A DNA stretch of 64,000 bases from Candidatus Omnitrophota bacterium (GTDB taxonomy: Bacteria > Omnitrophota > Gorgyraeia > Gygaellales > Profunditerraquicolaceae): positions 12,684-76,683 of the forward strand of contig JALOQK010000005.1 of NCBI GenBank assembly GCA_025453395.1, written 5' to 3'. Of the stretch, positions 1 to 8,338 are shown piece after piece; within the stretch, counting starts at the first letter, position 1, and every line of letters begins with the position of its first letter. A model generated the notes under the pieces. It searched no databases. It saw only the letters and a list, made by a program, of their open reading frames with translations, and was not told the origin of the DNA. Both the position numbers and the translations under genes were made by a program.

Positions 1-1002
1 GCGCTTATGGCTATACTTGAAGGTATTCCTGCGGGGCTAAAGCTTGATGCTTCAGAAATTAACCTTTGGCTTAAGCGCCGCCAAGAGGGGCCGGGCCGGG
101 GCGCGCGCATGAAAATTGAGAAAGATACAGTAAATATTCTTTCCGGGACAAGAAAGGGCTTAACCATCGGCAGTCCCATTGGCATGATGATCAAGAATAA
201 AGACTTTTCTATTAATAAGCTTCCTGATGTTTTTGCGCCTCGTCCAGCGCACGCGGATCTAGCCGGATTCTTAAAATACGGCACGCATGATATGCGTGAT
301 ATTTTAGAGCGGGCTTCGGCGCGGGAAACTGCTTCTCGGGTAGCTGTGGGAGCGGTTTGCGCAACATTACTGGAAGAATTTGGGGTGAAGATTAAAAGCA
401 ATGTGGCAATTGTTGGCGGTGAAAGCCGTCCTAAAGAAATCCCCCAGAGGATCAAAGAGGCTTACGATAAGGGTGATACTGTGGGCGGGATATTTCAGGT
501 GCAGGTATCTGGCGTTATCCCCGGATTAGGCAGCCACGTCCAGCCTGACCGTAAGCTTGATGCCCGGATTTGCGCGCAAGTTATGTCCATCCCCGGGATC
601 AAGGCCATAGGTTTTGGTTTAGGATTTGCTTATGGGCATTGTTTTGGTTCAGAGTGCCACGATCCGATTCTTTATTCTAATTGTAACGGATATTACCGTT
701 GCACCAATAATGCCGGAGGAATTGAAGGCGGTATTTCAAATGGCGAAGATATTGTTTTCTCCGCCTGCATGAAGCCGATTGCTACTTTGGCGCATCCATT
801 AGCTTCGGTTGATGTGCGCACTAAAAAGCCTTGCAAGGCCAATGTCCAGCGCTCTGATACTTGCGCGGTGCATGCGGCGGCAGTAGTTGCCGAAGCCGCC
901 TGTGCTTTTGTGTTGGCAGGGGCCTTCTTGGAAAAGTTTGGCGCAGATAACCTTAAAGATATAAAACAGGCTTTTTTGGCATACCGAAAAAAAATCTGTT
1001 AG
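1..1002 (+). CDS. aroC: Chorismate synthase (5' end lies before the window)
   Basis: Motifs PRPAHAD, RASARETA, NNAGGIEGGISNG and MKPIATL. The frame is open from base 1 and the usual N-terminal GESHG motif is absent, so the gene is truncated by the window edge. Confidence 0.97.
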   Translation, partial: ALMAILEGIPAGLKLDASEINLWLKRRQEGPGRGARMKIEKDTVNILSGTRKGLTIGSPIGMMIKNKDFSINKLPDVFAPRPAHADLAGFLKYGTHDMRDILERASARETASRVAVGAVCATLLEEFGVKIKSNVAIVGGESRPKEIPQRIKEAYDKGDTVGGIFQVQVSGVIPGLGSHVQPDRKLDARICAQVMSIPGIKAIGFGLGFAYGHCFGSECHDPILYSNCNGYYRCTNNAGGIEGGISNGEDIVFSACMKPIATLAHPLASVDVRTKKPCKANVQRSDTCAVHAAAVVAEAACAFVLAGAFLEKFGADNLKDIKQAFLAYRKKIC

Positions 1003-1047
1003 AAAACATCATCTCCTTCGTCTAATAAAACAAAGGGGGTGATTGCT

Positions 1048-1302
1048 ATGTCAGAGAGCGCGATTGCAGTGAGCCGGATCTATAAGATCGACGGCGAAAC
1101 CAAGACCAAGGCCTTTGTGGACGTGGCATTAAGCGGGGTGGTGGTAAAAGGCCTAAGGGTAGTTGACGGTAGTAAGGGGTTGTTTGTGGGTATGCCGCGG
1201 CATCAGGGAAAAGACGGTAAGTGGTATGATACCGTTTATCCGACCACAAAAGAGATTAAGCAGGAATTGAGTGACTTAGTGTTAAAAGCGTATCAGGAAT
1301 AA
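1048..1302 (+). CDS. spoVG: SpoVG family nucleic-acid-binding protein
   Basis: KAFVDV..VVKGLRVVDGSKGLFVGMP..GKWYDTVYP. An SD-like GGGGGTGA favours ATG 1048 over GTG 1039. Confidence 0.9.
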   Translation: MSESAIAVSRIYKIDGETKTKAFVDVALSGVVVKGLRVVDGSKGLFVGMPRHQGKDGKWYDTVYPTTKEIKQELSDLVLKAYQE

Positions 1303-1317
1303 TGGTGATTCGGTTAG

Positions 1318-1347
1318 GGCTACGAGGCGGTAAGCTTCGTAGCCTTT
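1318..1347 (+). terminator. Hairpin after spoVG, possible weak intrinsic terminator
   Basis: GGCTACGAGGC-GGTAA-GCTTCGTAGCC followed by only TTT. Confidence 0.45.
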
Positions 1348-1367
1348 GCCGTAACCTATAGCATAAT

Positions 1368-1925
1368 ATGAATAATATTTATTTAGTCGGCTTCATGGGT
1401 ACAGGCAAAACTACAGTAGGAAATCTTTTAGCAAAGTCCAAACGCTGGAAGTTTTTAGATTTGGATGATTTTATTCAACTTCGTCAGAAGAGGTTGATTG
1501 CGGATATTTTTGCTAAAGAGGGAGAGGTTTATTTTCGCAGGATAGAAAAAGAAGCGCTTAAGGAAGTGGCCAAGGAAAAGAATTTCGTGGTTTCCTGTGG
1601 GGGTGGGATCGTCCTTGATAAAGCTAATATTGCGATTATGAAAGAAACCGGTAAAGTTATTTGTCTTTGCGCCTCGCCAAGCGTAATTTTAAAGAGAGTC
1701 TCTGGAAATAAAGACCGTCCGTTACTAAATGTCCCTGATCCCAAGGCACGGATTAAGGAATTATTAGCGTCTCGCGCTAAATATTATGCTTTGGCGCATA
1801 AAACAGTTGATACCTCAAAATTATCGGTGGAGCAAGTGGCACAAAAAATCATCAAAGCCACAAAGTCACAGGTGAAAAAACATAAGCGTAGAATTAAAAA
1901 CGTAAAGCGCAAAGCTATAGCGTAA
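1368..1925 (+). CDS. aroK: Shikimate kinase with a repeat-derived basic C-terminal tail
   Basis: GFMGTGKT P-loop, DLDD, GEVYFR, CGGG and RPLL motifs. Confidence 0.96.
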   Translation: MNNIYLVGFMGTGKTTVGNLLAKSKRWKFLDLDDFIQLRQKRLIADIFAKEGEVYFRRIEKEALKEVAKEKNFVVSCGGGIVLDKANIAIMKETGKVICLCASPSVILKRVSGNKDRPLLNVPDPKARIKELLASRAKYYALAHKTVDTSKLSVEQVAQKIIKATKSQVKKHKRRIKNVKRKAIA

Positions 1926-1970
1926 AATTAAGAATTTTGCGTTTTGAATTATGGTCTCACTTTTTTACTT
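1885..1970. repeat. Period-7 inverted-arm element, family B (AAAGCGT/AAAATTA type)
   Basis: Left arm aagcgta gaattaa aaacgta aagcgca aagctatagcgta aaattaa. Right arm contains ttttgaattatggt, the reverse complement of accataattcaaaa at 48665. Confidence 0.75.
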
Positions 1971-1977
1971 TATTTAT

Positions 1978-2012
1978 CTGAAAGCTGATAGCTGACGACT
2001 GAAAGCTGATGG
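1978..2012. repeat. Five heptamers (CTGANAG), family D, directly before the dprA ATG
   Basis: CTGAAAG CTGATAG CTGACGA CTGAAAG CTGATGG. Confidence 0.9.
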
Positions 2013-2013
2013 A

Positions 2014-3114
2014 ATGACTAAACTCGAAGTTTTAGTAAGTTTGAACATGATTGGCGAGATTGGGAGCGTGCGCTTGGGCCGGCTCTTGGATTATTTTGAT
2101 CGCCTTGAGGATATTTTTACTGCCAGCCCTGGCCAATTGATGCGTATTGCTGGAGTTAGTCAAAAGATTGCTGATAGAATTCACGCATTTAAAAAAGAAG
2201 ATTTAGATAAAGAATTAGAAGCTGCAGAGAAGTTGGGTTTAGAAATTATTACCTTAGATGACGCGGATTATCCGGAAAATCTAAAAAATATTCCCAGCCC
2301 CCCGATTGTGCTTTACGTAAAAGGCAATCTAGAAGAGGAAGATAAATCCGCCATAGGTGTAGTAGGAAGCCGCAGGGCTTCCTTTTACGGATTATCTCAA
2401 GCAGAAAAGTTTTCTTTTGATTTAGCCAAAGACGGCGTAACTATTGTTTCTGGAATGGCACGCGGAGTTGATACTTCTGCGCATCAAGGGGCGTTAAAAG
2501 CCCATGGACGCACTATTGCAGTTATCGGAAGCGGGTTTAATCATATTTATCCAGCGGAAAATAAAGAATTGGCGGAAAAAATAGCTCAAAATGGCGCAGT
2601 TATTTCTGAATTCCCCTTAGCGGCACAGCCGCTAAGGGGAAACTTTCCGCGCAGAAACCGTGTGATAAGCGGCTTGTCTCTTGGAACACTAGTTATAGAA
2701 GCCGCGCAAAATAGCGGAGCGTTAATTACCGCGGATTTTGCCCTTGAGCAAGGAAGAGATGTGTTTTGCCTGCCCGGAAAAATTGATTCGTCTTTATCTT
2801 TGGGCCCAAATAAATTAATCCAGCAGGGAGCAAAATTAGTTTGCAGCAAAGAAGATATCTTGGAAGAGTTAAAGCTTCCTTTATTAAGAAACATGCCCAG
2901 AAAGGAAATCAAAAACAGGCTTAAAATCCCTGCGCCTGACCCGCAGGACGCGGGTTTATATGATTTAATTTCAGATCAGCCGGTTGTTTTGGATGATATC
3001 TTGGAAAAAACAAACTTGAATATCTCGCGCGCCTGTGAGATACTCTTAACATTGCAAGTAAAGAAACTTATTAAAGAGCTTCCGGGAAAACAATTCATTA
3101 AAAATAATCAATAA
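2014..3114 (+). CDS. dprA: DNA-processing protein DprA
   Basis: VVGSR, VSGMARGVD, FPRRNRVISGLS, EAAQNSGALIT, C-terminal winged helix; lies upstream of topA. Confidence 0.97.
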   Translation: MTKLEVLVSLNMIGEIGSVRLGRLLDYFDRLEDIFTASPGQLMRIAGVSQKIADRIHAFKKEDLDKELEAAEKLGLEIITLDDADYPENLKNIPSPPIVLYVKGNLEEEDKSAIGVVGSRRASFYGLSQAEKFSFDLAKDGVTIVSGMARGVDTSAHQGALKAHGRTIAVIGSGFNHIYPAENKELAEKIAQNGAVISEFPLAAQPLRGNFPRRNRVISGLSLGTLVIEAAQNSGALITADFALEQGRDVFCLPGKIDSSLSLGPNKLIQQGAKLVCSKEDILEELKLPLLRNMPRKEIKNRLKIPAPDPQDAGLYDLISDQPVVLDDILEKTNLNISRACEILLTLQVKKLIKELPGKQFIKNNQ

Positions 3115-3575
3115 CCAAATGCCAATAACCAAATAATAACCAATGTTGCAAGCTCCAATAACCAAACATACGTTTGATTTAGAAGATAGAACGTTAGAAT
3201 TTAGCAAGACGGTAATACAGCTTTGCAAGAAGGTTCCTCGCAATGCTACAAATATTGAACTTATAAGTCAGTTAGTACGTTCTAGTGGCTCTGTAGGGGC
3301 AAATTATCGTGAAGCAAACGATGCTTTGAGTAAAAAAGATTTTACTCATCGTATTTTAATTACGAGAAGGGAAGCCAAAGAAGCGTATTATTGGCTTCAA
3401 CTTTTAAAAGAAGAAAATTCTTCTTTGGCTTGTGATATTGATAAAGCTTTACAAGAAGCAATGCAGCTAAAGAAGATTTTTTCTGCTATAGCTGGTAAGG
3501 TTTCTTAGTTTGGTTATTTGCTTTTTTTGTTAATTGGTGATTATTTGATGTTTGGAATTTGGTAATTGGTTATTT
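3102..3575. mobile_element. Putative 'filled' element: period-7 inverted arms (family A, CAATAAC/GTTATTG) enclosing a four-helix-bundle gene
   Basis: Left arm 3102-3168 (caataac caaatgc caataac caaataataac ... caataac caaaca). Right arm 3508-3575 (gtttggttatttg ... gtgattatttg atgtttg gaatttg gtaattg gttattt). It interrupts the normally adjacent dprA-topA pair. Mobility is inferred. Confidence 0.6.
3143..3508 (+). CDS. Four helix bundle protein (23S rRNA IVP / TIGR02436-like family)
   Basis: FDLEDRTLEF..QLVRSSGSVGANYREA..SKKDF..RREAKEAYYWLQLL family signature. Confidence 0.93.
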   Translation: MLQAPITKHTFDLEDRTLEFSKTVIQLCKKVPRNATNIELISQLVRSSGSVGANYREANDALSKKDFTHRILITRREAKEAYYWLQLLKEENSSLACDIDKALQEAMQLKKIFSAIAGKVS

Positions 3576-3600
3576 AATTTATTACTTGAAGGAGATATAA

Positions 3601-5577
3601 ATGCCTAAAAAGAATCTAGTTATTGTTGAGTCTCCCACCAAAGCGCGCACTATCACCAAGATTTTAGGCGGTGATTTTGAAGTAGTTTCTACTATGGGGC
3701 ATGTGATTGACCTGCCGCAGAAAAGTTTAGGGGTGGATATTGAGAAAAATTTTGAAGCTGAATATGTGGTGATTCCTTCGCGCAAAAAAGTTTTAACCGA
3801 TCTTAAGAAGCAGGCCAAGGAAAAAGATTGCGTGTATATCGCTACCGACCCTGACCGCGAAGGAGAGGCGATAGGTTTTCATATTAAAGAGCGCTTAGGC
3901 AAAGTCAAGAAAGTCATGCGTGTAGTTTTCCATGAGATCACCTCATCGGCAGTAAAAGAAGCTTTTTCTCATGCCCGGGAATTTGACAAAAATATGGTTG
4001 AGGCGCAGGCTGGACGGCGCGTACTGGATAGGATCGTGGGGTATTTTTTAAGCCCGCTACTTTGGAAAAAGATTACCCGCGGCTTAAGCGCCGGACGCGT
4101 GCAGTCTGTGGCCTTAAGGATTATCGTAGAGAGAGAAAGAGAGATCCAGAAATTTGTCCCGCAGGAATATTGGGATGTTGAGGCAGAACTTAAAAAGAAA
4201 GATTCCGGCGAAGTCTTTATTGCTAAGTTAGATAAGGCAGATGATAAAAAAGTAAAAATAGTAAATAAAGAAGAGGCTGATGCTCTAGTTTCAGATATCA
4301 AAAATCAGAAATTCATTGTAAGTGACGTAGAGCAAAAAGAAAAAAGGCGCAATCCCTTGCCGCCTTTTATCACAAGTACCCTTCAGCAGGATTCGTTTAA
4401 CCGTTTGAAATTTAACGGCGCTAAGACTATGTTAATTGCCCAGCAGCTTTATGAAGGCGTGGATATCGGCCATGAAGAGGTCGTGGGGCTAATTACCTAT
4501 ATGCGTACAGATTCTCCGCGGGTAGCCCCAGAGGCAATTACCGCGGTACGTAAATTTATACAGGAGAAATTTGGGCAACAGTATCTTCCGCAAGAGCCCA
4601 ATATTTATAAAGTAAAAAAACACGCGCAGGAAGCGCATGAAGCAATCCGCCCGACATTGATTTCCAAAACCCCCGAAGAATTAAAGGATTACCTTACCCC
4701 AGAGCAGTATAAATTATATGAATTGATTTACCGGCGTTTTGTTTCCAGCCAAATGAACCCGGCAGTTTATCTTACCACCAGCGTTGATATCCAAGCCGGG
4801 AAATATTTGTTTTCGGCTTCCGGGTCAAAGATTACCTTTGACGGATTCTTGGCGATGTATGACAAGAAAGACGAAGATGAGGACAAAGAAAAACAGATGC
4901 CTTCTTTTGTGAAAGAAGAAGCGCTTGACCTGTTAAAGCTTGATCCTTCCCAGCATTTTACCAAGCCTCCGGCGCGTTTTTCGGATAGCTCTTTAGTTAA
5001 GGCGCTTGAAGAAGACGGCATTGGCAGGCCTTCTACTTACGCCCCGATCATTCAGACGCTTATCTTGCGTGATTATATGCGCCGCATCAGAGGATATTTT
5101 TTCCCCACGGAATTAGGGATGAAGGTTTCCGATATGCTGGTGGAGTATTTTCCCAAGATCATGGATTTAAATTTTACCGCTCTTATGGAAGAGGAGCTTG
5201 ATGAAATTGAAGAGGGGCAGTTTGAAAAAGAAAAAGTCTTAAATGATTTTTATAAGCCATTCAAAGAGTCGCTTGATTTTGCCCAGAATAATATTAAGAA
5301 GGAAGTGGTTAAGACCGAGGAAACTTGTGAAAAATGCGGCAAGCCTATGGTAATTAAATGGGGCAGGCGCGGTAAGTTTTTGAGTTGTTGCGCTTATCCG
5401 GAATGTACCTTTTCTAAATCTATTACTACCAAAGTAAAATGTCCGGAAAAAGATTGCGGGGGAGAGTTGATCGAGCGGCACTCAAGGCGGGGCCTGTTTT
5501 ACGGCTGTTCCAATTTTCCTAAATGCCGGTTTGTTTCTAAAGATTTGCCGGGCGAGGAAGAGGAAAGTAAAGAGTAA
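3601..5577 (+). CDS. topA: DNA topoisomerase I
   Basis: LVIVESPTK, ATDPDREGE, SAGRVQ, ITYMRTDS, GIGRPSTY and two C-terminal Zn ribbons; SD GGAG. Confidence 0.98.
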   Translation: MPKKNLVIVESPTKARTITKILGGDFEVVSTMGHVIDLPQKSLGVDIEKNFEAEYVVIPSRKKVLTDLKKQAKEKDCVYIATDPDREGEAIGFHIKERLGKVKKVMRVVFHEITSSAVKEAFSHAREFDKNMVEAQAGRRVLDRIVGYFLSPLLWKKITRGLSAGRVQSVALRIIVEREREIQKFVPQEYWDVEAELKKKDSGEVFIAKLDKADDKKVKIVNKEEADALVSDIKNQKFIVSDVEQKEKRRNPLPPFITSTLQQDSFNRLKFNGAKTMLIAQQLYEGVDIGHEEVVGLITYMRTDSPRVAPEAITAVRKFIQEKFGQQYLPQEPNIYKVKKHAQEAHEAIRPTLISKTPEELKDYLTPEQYKLYELIYRRFVSSQMNPAVYLTTSVDIQAGKYLFSASGSKITFDGFLAMYDKKDEDEDKEKQMPSFVKEEALDLLKLDPSQHFTKPPARFSDSSLVKALEEDGIGRPSTYAPIIQTLILRDYMRRIRGYFFPTELGMKVSDMLVEYFPKIMDLNFTALMEEELDEIEEGQFEKEKVLNDFYKPFKESLDFAQNNIKKEVVKTEETCEKCGKPMVIKWGRRGKFLSCCAYPECTFSKSITTKVKCPEKDCGGELIERHSRRGLFYGCSNFPKCRFVSKDLPGEEEESKE

Positions 5578-6446
5578 TGGATCGTTACGTTGATAAATTC
5601 CTGCGTTATCTGGAAATTGAAAGAAACTACTCCCGCCATACGCTTCTTAATTATTCCCTGGATTTAAACGATTTCATGAAATTCTTAGGCGAGAAAAGCC
5701 TTGAAAGCGTGGATTATCTTACTTTGCGTAAATACTTAGCCACCCTAAAAGAGAAAAGCATGCAAAGCCGCACCATGGGCAGGCATCTTTCCACTTTGCG
5801 CTCATTTTTTAAATTCCTAACCCGCGAAGGGCATATCAAGACTAACCCGGCATTAAGTATATCAAGCCCTAAACTTGATAAGCATCTGCCGCAATTTATG
5901 ACTGAAGAGGAAGTGACAAGATTGATTTCTTCGGTTATTCCTAAGGATCAAGATGATAAATTATCATATCGGGACTTGGCGATTATTGAAACTTTTTACA
6001 GCACCGGTATGCGTATTTCGGAATTAGTGGGGCTTAACCAAGAGGATGTTGACTTTATCGGTTGCGTGATTAAGGTGCGCGGTAAGGGCAAGAAAGAGCG
6101 CATTGTCCCTATCGGAGACCATGCTATTTCTGCTATTCGTAATTATCTGGTGCATCGAGCAAGTATGGTGGCAGCGGTCTTCTTAAATAAAAACGGCAGG
6201 CGCATTACTGACAGAGGAGTGCGTGATATAGTGGGTAAATACCTGCGCCTAACAGCAGCTAAAAAAGGGATTAGCCCGCATACCTTAAGGCATTCTTTTG
6301 CCACGCACCTTTTAAACCGCGGCGCAGACCTAAGAAGCGTGCAGGAGCTTTTGGGGCACGCTAATCTGTCTACTACTCAAATCTACACCCATCTTACCAC
6401 AGAACGCTTAAAAAGCGTCTACGACAAAGCCCATCCCCGGGCTTAA
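5577..6446 (+). CDS. xerC: Tyrosine recombinase XerC
   Basis: TGMRISEL, GKGKKER and HTLRHSFATHLL..GADLRSVQELLGH..TTQIYTH; follows topA. Confidence 0.9.
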   Translation: MDRYVDKFLRYLEIERNYSRHTLLNYSLDLNDFMKFLGEKSLESVDYLTLRKYLATLKEKSMQSRTMGRHLSTLRSFFKFLTREGHIKTNPALSISSPKLDKHLPQFMTEEEVTRLISSVIPKDQDDKLSYRDLAIIETFYSTGMRISELVGLNQEDVDFIGCVIKVRGKGKKERIVPIGDHAISAIRNYLVHRASMVAAVFLNKNGRRITDRGVRDIVGKYLRLTAAKKGISPHTLRHSFATHLLNRGADLRSVQELLGHANLSTTQIYTHLTTERLKSVYDKAHPRA

Positions 6447-6482
6447 TGCGCCTTTCAAAGAATCGCTGAGTAATTAAATAGC

Positions 6483-6609
6483 CAATTATCAAGCACCAAT
6501 AACCAAATAAACACCAATAACCAAGTACCAATTTATCAAACAGGTTTGGTTATTGTAAAATTGGTAATTGGAATTTGTTTGGTGATTTGGATTTGGATAT
6601 GGGTTATTG
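6483..6609. repeat. Empty period-7 inverted-arm element, family A
   Basis: caattat caagcac caataac caaataaacac caataac caagtac caatttat caaaca-g-gtttg gttattg ... gttattg. Confidence 0.9.
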
Positions 6610-6640
6610 CCAATTTTTTGTCCCCCTCCGGCCATTTTAG

Positions 6641-6649
6641 TGGTATAAT
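6641..6649 (+). promoter_or_regulatory. Extended -10 promoter for the waaA operon
   Basis: TGGTATAAT, ending 9 nt before the ATG; no good -35. Confidence 0.55.
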
Positions 6650-6658
6650 TAACTCCCT

Positions 6659-7909
6659 ATGGCTGTGATATATAATATTATATTCTTATTATACGCGCTT
6701 GTTTCTTTGCCGGTTTTAGCTGTAAAAGGCAAGCTGCATCGGGGTTTATGGATGCGCCTTGGCTTTTTAGCGCAGGAACTTAAATTCAATAACCCCATTT
6801 GGATACACGCGGTAAGCGTGGGCGAGGTTATGGCTATGCGCGCGTTTATTCTTAAGCTTAAATCCGCCTATCCAAATAAAGAAATCATTATTTCTACGGT
6901 TACTGCTACCGGCAATAAGGTTGCCCGACAGATTGTTTCTGTGGATAAGGTGATTTATCTTCCTTTGGATTTTAGTTTCTCTGTGGAAAGGTTCATCCAA
7001 AGGATCAAACCAGCACTTTTAGTTGTTGCTGAAACTGAACTTTGGCCCAATCTTATTCAGGGGTTTTGGCGGCACAAAATACCGGTAGCCGTAGTCAATG
7101 CCCGCATATCTGACCGATCTTTCGGCAGGTATCAGATTATGAGATTTTTCTTTAAGGCGATACTAAGAAAAATCAGTATTTTCTGCGCGCAGACGGATCT
7201 TGATGCTTGGCGTCTTGAGCAAATAGGAGTGGGCAAAGATAAGATTAAGGTTACTGGTAACCTTAAGTTTGACGTAGAGATAAAACAGTCTTCAGGGCAA
7301 GAGGTTTATTTGCGGCAAGCCCTTGGGATAAAGAGCGGTGTTCCTGTTTTGGTTGCGGCTTCCACGCACCCCGGGGAAGAGGAGCAATTGTTGAGAGTTT
7401 ATCAAAAATTGCTCCCGGATTTTTCTTCCTTGCGCTTGGTCATTGCCCCCCGTCATCCGGAGAGGTCATCAGAGGTTAAACGTATCGTGGAGAAAAAAGG
7501 ATTAAGCGCGCAGCTTATCTCTAAAATGGATAAGCCAAAAGGCGCGAAAGAAATTTTGATCTTGGATACTATCGGCAAGCTCATGGATTATTATGCTATT
7601 TCTGATGTTGTTTTTATGGGAGGAAGTTTAACTAAAAACGGCGGGCATAATATTTTAGAGCCGGCAATTTTAGGAAAACCGGTATTGTTTGGCCCCTTTA
7701 TGTTTAATTTCCGCGGTATCGCTAAATTATTTTTAGATAAAGAAGCGGTAATCGGCGTGGCAAATGAAGATCAACTAGTTGCATCTTTGAAAGATCTGTT
7801 ATCTTATCCGCAGAAAGCCTTAAGCTTGGGTGAAAAAGCCAAACAACTTGTTTTAGCCGGCCGGGGGGCCGCAGAAAACAACTTAAGAGTCATTAAAGAC
7901 TATCTTTAG
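6659..7909 (+). CDS. waaA: Kdo transferase
   Basis: WIHAVSVGE, ETELWPN, VNARIS, ASTHPGEE, APRHPER, GGHNILEP. Confidence 0.97.
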   Translation: MAVIYNIIFLLYALVSLPVLAVKGKLHRGLWMRLGFLAQELKFNNPIWIHAVSVGEVMAMRAFILKLKSAYPNKEIIISTVTATGNKVARQIVSVDKVIYLPLDFSFSVERFIQRIKPALLVVAETELWPNLIQGFWRHKIPVAVVNARISDRSFGRYQIMRFFFKAILRKISIFCAQTDLDAWRLEQIGVGKDKIKVTGNLKFDVEIKQSSGQEVYLRQALGIKSGVPVLVAASTHPGEEEQLLRVYQKLLPDFSSLRLVIAPRHPERSSEVKRIVEKKGLSAQLISKMDKPKGAKEILILDTIGKLMDYYAISDVVFMGGSLTKNGGHNILEPAILGKPVLFGPFMFNFRGIAKLFLDKEAVIGVANEDQLVASLKDLLSYPQKALSLGEKAKQLVLAGRGAAENNLRVIKDYL

Positions 7910-7920
7910 AAGGGAAAATT

Positions 7921-8334
7921 ATGAAAGTAAAGAAAATCACCGCTAGTAATTTCCAAGGTTTTGGCAAAATTATTGATTATTCTTTAAGCCGCAATCAGGC
8001 CAAGAAGAATCTTTTCTGTATTGTCTTAAGCGAAAACAGGCCTGTTGGCTGGAGGGTGGCGTATTTAGTGCTTCGGGATAAGAAAATTGATACCATGGAG
8101 GCGCATCCGGATACCTATGAAACCTTTGAGCCGGTAAAAGGCAAAAGCCTTATTTATTTAGCTACTTCCAAGAACAAAAGCCGTATAGAATGTTTTCTTT
8201 TGGACAGGCCGGTTATACTTAAGAAAGGTATTTGGCATGCGGTAGTTACTTTAGGCAAGGAATCAGAGATAAAAATTACGGAAAACGCAAGCGTAAAGTT
8301 AGTTTATTGGAAACTGGATAATTTCTTAAAATAA
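7921..8334 (+). CDS. Ureidoglycolate lyase-like cupin protein
   Basis: NFQGFGKII, MEAHPDTYETFEP and LKKGIWH resemble the AllA family. Confidence 0.6.
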   Translation: MKVKKITASNFQGFGKIIDYSLSRNQAKKNLFCIVLSENRPVGWRVAYLVLRDKKIDTMEAHPDTYETFEPVKGKSLIYLATSKNKSRIECFLLDRPVILKKGIWHAVVTLGKESEIKITENASVKLVYWKLDNFLK

Positions 8335-8338
8335 GAAT

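Noticed and set aside
1048-1302. spoVG (and spoIID at 53040) as evidence of sporulation
   Set aside because: Both families are widespread in non-sporulating bacteria, and this window carries many lipid A/Kdo/LPS genes, indicating a diderm.
3143-3508. Diversity-generating retroelement around the Avd-like gene
   Set aside because: There is no reverse transcriptase and no TR/VR pair with adenine-specific mismatches in the window.
5577-6446. Tyrosine recombinase as the integrase of an island or of the repeats
   Set aside because: It has typical XerC motifs in the conserved dprA-topA-xerC context and no cargo.
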